DNA from: Podarcis vaucheri
Taxonomy: Eukaryota
Assembly (NCBI GenBank): GCA_965113315.1
Contig: OZ220372.1
Direction: 5' to 3' (one strand)
Length of the DNA: 64,000 nt
Shown here: positions 57,727 to 64,000 of the stretch, in pieces
Layout: each line of letters opens with the position of its first letter
Numbering within the stretch: the first letter of the stretch is position 1
Notes under the pieces: generated by a model
The model's input: only the letters and a program-made list of their open reading frames with translations
Told to the model about the DNA's origin: nothing
The model's database searches: none
Program-made: the position numbers and the translations under genes

Positions 57727-60700
57727 TATTGATGAGAGAGAGCAAAGGGGCTGACTATATACATACACACACAACATAATTCCAAAGCCCAGTGGCTTGC
57801 TTACTCAGCTTTGGGAAGGCAGCATGAGGACACTGTGTGTGTGTGCGCGCGCGCATGCACGCGCACCAAAAAGGGCCTTGAGGGGCCATGTATTGGACCA
57901 CCTTGGCCTAGAGGCATACTTAAAATGACAGTGAGGCTGAATTCCTTGGTAACAGATTTTAAGAAGAAACTGTTTTCTTAGAGACTGGCCATGTTCCAAA
58001 CAGGAAGGAAGAATATCACTGTTGGTATTTTAGTAAAGATTTATTAGTTTATTTCAAATATTTATATTCTACTTCCTGGCCTTCATTCTCAAGGCAGCTT
58101 GCAACAAAATGTAACAATCCATGCAAAATAAAATGAAGGCAGTAGCCGAACATGTCATTGCTCGCTCAGTTCACAGTATAGGACAGTTTTGATGAATGAG
58201 ATTAATGGTCTGCCATGCTAATGAAATGACAAATGCATTGGCTGAACAAAATTCAATCCAAATTAAGCCGAAGCATTTCAATATTATCTCAGATCTATCA
58301 CTGAACAACTGACAAGAATTATGAATTATAAGATGCTCCTATAATATACGTGGGCATAATAATTATATTTATAAAAGCAGCATCTATTCCATAATAATGA
58401 TCTAATATCCAATACGGTTTGCTTTTTGAAAGCGGTAAAAAAGTAATCTCAACTCTGAATTCATCTGCAGGTTCATCCGTCACACTTTATAACTGTTACT
58501 CAATAGGCGTGCAACACACTGCAAATGTATAATCGATAGTCTGATGTATTGCCACAGGGATTTTAAAAATTCTGGGAGTTAGACCACAGAGTGATTACAG
58601 TGACATGCAATACGCCACACAGCAATTCAGCACCAAAAGCAGAAACGTCCTCAGACCTTCATGATTTTAACTCTTGTACATTAACACGGAGCCACTCATT
58701 TCCTAAAACAATTCAGCCCTCTCGACTCATAGCAAACTCCGACTAACATTGTCAGCTTACTAACATGTTTATACAAAATCTAATCAGCAATGTTACCCAG
58801 GACAAAATGTACATACTTCCAAGGCCGGGTGGATCTGCTCACAATCCTACATAAATGTTTATTTCCTTTAGTACAAAAGTATTCTAAAAATATTTTGCAT
58901 ATATCAAGACATGAGCCTGAACAGCTGCTGTTCTGACCCTCTTCCTCCCTGCTTTAAACGATGGAATCTCTCTTCCTCACAGAGGTAAATTGCTCCCCAA
59001 GCTCTGTGGTTTCCTATGACATGCCATAAAACTGGACAAAAGGCAAGGGAAGGAACAGGGGAGAGTTCATCTAAGGCTGTGAACTTACCCCGTTTACTCT
59101 GCTTCCAGTGCGCTACCACTGCTGGTCTGAGAAGCAGTGTACACATAACATTAGTTGTAATTCCTATCTACATGTAATTCAAATCATATCTGTCATTTTT
59201 AAAAATTAAATACTCTGTTTTGATGCATTATTCCCCACACCAGCTTCAATCCGAACTGAGAAAAAGAACAACCAATTGCATGTTAAGCTGGTACTTTGTA
59301 AATAGTGTTAGCTAGAAGGAAACAACATACATACAGAATCACATCACCTACTAACGCCATGGGGTGTTTGGGGTGTTAGAGCAGGGGTAGTACCTCTGGT
59401 GGTGGGGGGGGGACACAATGTGCTTTTTCTGGTGTAGTTTGCCCATCTTTGGTCCCCACTCTGCACTCAGCTCTCACCTGTGGCTCCTAGAAACTATTGG
59501 CATGTGACAGTGGCCACATCCTGGGAACGGCTTCGACTGGCCTTAAACCATCAGTGACTTTCCCTGCATGCAAAGAAAGGCTCTGGTGGATAGAGCAGAC
59601 GGGAAAATGGAAGCTAAATGGTTAGGCTGGGATGTGCTAAAAGATCTATAGAGGCTAGTTGTCTGTTTTCAGGCACAACTGAAAGGGCTGTTCTTGACCT
59701 TTAAAGCCCCAAATGGCTTGTTAGCAGGATTTTTAAAGGACTGCCTTCTTCAATAGAAGTCTTCCCGAAATATCTGCTTCTGAGACTGGTCTACAGGTAA
59801 CCCAATATTCAGGAGATGAGGTGAAGGGCAACTGGGGAATTAGCTTCTTCAGTGGTAGCCTCTCACCTTTGAAATAGCTTTCCTGAGCAGATCTATGAAG
59901 TGCCTATATCATCATAATGTGAAACCTACTACATTTTAAAAACATGTTACTGAATTTAAAGTTTTGGTGAACTGCTGTTTTTAAAATTGTTGGCTGCTTG
60001 TTGTTTCATATATATTTTTGTTGTTTCATTGTCAATTGCTTTAAAATGCTTAACATAATAATTTGTTTTTGAGGTGCCGGTCAGAAAGCAACTCACCAGA
60101 GCACAATGTTAACTATCTCCCATTACAATATTCATTGTAGAAATGTGAACATGAGTAAGTAAAAGGTGTGCCACACTTATCTGGGGTGGACCCAGAGGTA
60201 AGTTAGGTGAACTTAGTACACACTGAAAACATTGGGAGTCAGGTTCAACTACATTGTCAAAATCTGACCATTATCCTTTCCTCTCCTCCAAATTCCAGCA
60301 GCTAGTTATTTTTAATGATATCTTGTTAATATTTCAGCAATTCCCCTTTGTACCTGGATAGCTACCTAACATGCTCTCCTTTTGTTTCAACACGAGAGCA
60401 TCTCTGTGTGGTTTTAGCTTCTTTTCTCCTTTTTGTATGCTACTCTCCAGGATAGAAAGATGTGCTAAGAAGGAATGCACAGCAGCTAATTTTGGTAACA
60501 TACCTCTAGATAAAAGCTGAAATGGTTGTGGTCTATCATTTACACACATATACTTCTCCACATATATCCCACTGTGTGGAAGGAAAGCACTATGCAGAGA
60601 GAAAATAAACTTAACATTGTCATGTGGAACTTCCCCAAATGCCATTGCTCAGCTGTGGCTTCCTTAACACATAATCACTCTTAGTTTGAAAGAATATATG

Positions 60701-61974
60701 TCTACAGCATTTCACGACTCTATAAATTATTCCATCATGCAGACAGTACACAAGTGAGTCATTTGCTTATTGTTATCCAACCCTTCCCATTTTCCTGTAT
60801 ACTGAAAGTAAGAAACTCTTTATATGCAGATTTTGACTGCAGAAGAGGCTGTAGATGTATATTGTAAAAGAGAAGTGATGAAACAGCAAAACTGAATACG
60901 GAACTTATTAAAATCTGCCCAGCATGTGCTATCCTGAAAAGAGTTATCAGCAGAAGACTAGTGTTCTCAGTGTTCCATATGCCTTAACATTTTTTCCCCA
61001 AGTATTCTACAGTGAAGACCAAATCTTTGTTCACATTTTGCTTGTAAATGTAGATTTGTTGTAGATTTAATTACCTATCTGTACCTTTTGTTTACTATGA
61101 GGGGAGAAAGCATTAATGGGGATAATGAAAATAATGATGCAGTTGAAGGAAAATTAGACAAAGTAGTCTCATTGAAATCTTTTGTTGTTTCCAATGAACT
61201 AAAGAGCATATAGCTTTATCCAGATTACACTCATTAAACTCTAAGACGAATATACAAGCATTATGCAAGAGCAGCTTCACATCTGGACTGTCACAATCAG
61301 CAAATGTGAAATGTGCACACCCTAGAATGTGCAATGTTCTCATGCCATGCACAGTGCTCATAATGTATGTTCCGGTGACCCACACAGAATTATCTCCTTT
61401 ACAGTGTAGCAGAGGATCAAGCCAGGTCACAAAAAGCAAAAAACCTGTGCTAATCCTTGCTGTGATGTTCATGCAGCTTCCAAGAGCTGCCCAGGGGAGC
61501 AGCTTTGGCCGTCTGTGTCCCGAGTCAACTGTCAGCAAATTAGATTGAAGGATAAGAGGCAGCTCCAGATGTGCCCTAACAGCTTCATCAACACACAGTC
61601 TGTTCCTAGTATTTGCGTCGCTGGAAATGTAAGATGTAATCATTATTTGGAGAAACATATTCAAACATTATTTTTGCTGTGTCTGTGACTGAAATGATAA
61701 GACAGCCTGGGATTCTGCATGGGCATGTCTAGGCAGGGTATTTGCAAATGCCCAGCAGTGCAATTCAGAATGCTTAACACCTACAAGCATGGGGGATTTT
61801 TCTGACTGCTGCCTGTTGACTAGCGGAATAAGCACGGGTACTACTATCACTTAACTAACATCCTATAACATTTCTGGGTAGGATGTACTTCTGAGATGCT
61901 GCCTAGAGTACTTCTTGTGCTCCTGAAAAAGCTTTTGCTTGAAATCTCCCAGTGTTTGCAAGTAAGGCTGCCTA

Positions 61975-62328
61975 AGTAAAGATAAAGGGACCTCTGACCA
62001 TTAGGTCCAATTGCGGACGACTCTGGGGTTGCGGCGCTCATCTCGCTTTAATGGCCGAGGGAGCCGGCGTACAGCTTCTGGGTCATGTTGCCAGCATGAC
62101 TAAGCCGCTTCTGGCAAACCGGAGCAGCGCGCGGAAACACCGTTTACCTTCCTGCTGGAGCGGTACCTATTTATCTACTTGCACTTTGACGTGCTTTCAA
62201 ACTGCTAGGTTGGCAGGAGCTGGGACCGAGCAATGGCGGCTCACCGAGTCGCGGGGATTCGAACCACCAACTTTCTGATCAGCAAGCCCTAGGCTCTGTG
62301 CTTTAACCCACAGCGCCACCCACATCCC
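61975..62328 (-). mobile_element. Full-length Sauria SINE (Squam1)
   Basis: Homologous to the 28121 copy; 14-bp TSD agtaaggctgccta / agtagggctgccta. Confidence 0.92.
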
Positions 62329-64000
62329 AGTAGGGCTGCCTACACAACCATATATTTAAGGCACCCAGATATACTCCAAGAATCATGGGAACTGTAGGTG
62401 TGCAAGCACGTAGAATTTGAGAGGCATTAAAATGCACTCTGTGCATAGTGACTGTCAAGTGCCAGCAGATGGAGCTGCTGCTTTTAATCAACTATATTGA
62501 GAGGAACAGCAAACCTGAGGGCTTGAATAATATGGCCTCTCTGGATATTGTGATCAAGATTGTGATAGTTATGTTTTTCTTCTTGGTCTCATTCTCAGAC
62601 TGCTTGGTGGTCTTTTTTTTCTTCTTTTTTTTTTAAAAAACACAACCCATATCTTTTCAACTCATCCACAGATTCCTAAGACCACTGAAATGAAATGAAT
62701 TGAAACTCACTGGTTGACTTTGGGCCAGTCACACTCCGTCAGCCTAACCTACCTCGCAGAGTTGTTGTAAACATAAAACAAGGAAACGGGTTAATGGTTT
62801 ATTCCACCCTGAGCTCCTTGGAGGAAATATTTTATTTATTATTACATTTATAATAAATCCTATTTATCGGATTGTAGGCAACCTAGCAAATGGCATTATC
62901 AGGTACAGGGGTCACATTCACCCCAATATTTATTTTAATAATAAAATAATAATAAATAATAAAAGTCCCAGCATTGAAGAAACTAGGCTAGTAATGTGGC
63001 AACAGAAAGGGTCAACAAAAGTTAATTCCACATCAGCCGTGCAAATGTTTGTAATTCTAATCCTTGTGCATTGTTTTGTACAAGAAGATCAAAACACAGA
63101 GAGCACTGACTGTTAACAGGAAATTGTGCACACAGATAAAATGAAAACATCAATGTGGACACCGCCCTAGTCCTTAATTTCCTTTCTCTCTGTGGTATTG
63201 GATTTCTACTCATGTCCCCATGAAAATACGTACAATACTGTCTTATTATTGATCTTTGTTTTGCTTTGATTCTTAGAAAAGGAGTTACCTACTTTGTTGA
63301 GATCCCTTTTGTTCATGTTCTTACAAACAGAAGCTAAAATTAGTAGGACAAATTATTACCTAAATAGGGCTTAGGTCTGTATGCTATACATAAAATATTA
63401 TCAGGAAGTGAAATATAAACAAATGTTATAAAAGTGTTGTTTTTTCCTAGAAAAAACATGTATTACAGACAATATTTTTCTACAAAAATGCATCTCAGAA
63501 GCCCTACCTTAACTTTCTTAAGCAGTATGCCGTTTTATCATTTTCAGAAGTCACTTATCAGTATTTCATTATCAGAATGTCAAAACTGATAAGATGTGGA
63601 ATACCCCAGATAATATCATTAACAATTATATAGCCAGAGTACACCTGTCAAAATCAAAACTTCTCAGGACTAACTTAAGTTAATAGTTTTCCATTTATCT
63701 ACCCTAAAATTGACAGGAAGTTGGCCATCACCCACTGTGTTTCACTATTCATTTTCCATTAAATTAATTAAAAATGAAATCGTCTGTTCCAGGTTCCAAA
63801 ATAAAAAGTCCATATGGTATGCAAGTACTTTTGTTTTATTACATAACATCTAATTTAGTAATGTGCTGTGACCGAAAAACTCATTAAGTATCTCATTTGA
63901 CCAGAAGATTCCAAGATTCCTATACTACAGAGGACAACCAATTCAGCTACAGGCATCACTTTTAATACCCTCAACACTATTTGTTAACAGCGTTCTCAAA

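Noticed and set aside
59380-59600. Repeat-like segment in the TMCC3 intron
   Set aside because: Looks like a retroelement fragment, but family and boundaries could not be assigned from sequence alone
61113-61664. 183-aa - strand ORF in the TMCC3 intron, with LTVD resembling the TMCC3 N-terminus
   Set aside because: Only a 4-residue resemblance; no suitable phase-0 donor or recognisable domain; treated as a chance ORF

Overview
Vertebrate genomic DNA from a squamate reptile, probably a lacertid lizard, judging by Sauria SINE, Squam3-type SINE and reptile hAT/Tc1-mariner MITEs. It carries the conserved PLXNC1-CEP83-TMCC3 block. The + strand holds the last 12 coding exons of PLXNC1 (cytoplasmic GAP/RBD region, 2354-14048). 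The - strand holds a complete 15-coding-exon CEP83/CCDC41 (40318->18238, about 718 aa, CpG-island promoter at ~41.8-42.5 kb) and the last three coding exons of TMCC3 (55961->52839) with a long putative 3'UTR. Exon phases were checked by hand and join in frame. No new protein-coding gene, RNA gene or prokaryote-type system is supported. The best second-look items are regulatory or splicing related: (i) a young GC-rich hAT element in a CEP83 intron carrying CRE + ISRE + 4x NF-kB + 3x E-box motifs; (ii) two obligatory GC-AG introns; (iii) two CEP83 exons starting with GTAATT (possible recursive splice sites); (iv) a solo LTR and TE cluster beside the CEP83 promoter; (v) a ~115-bp-stem inverted repeat in the TMCC3 3'UTR; (vi) a Rex1/Babar LINE fragment. 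Homology calls are from memory of the vertebrate proteins and repeat families, not from database searches.
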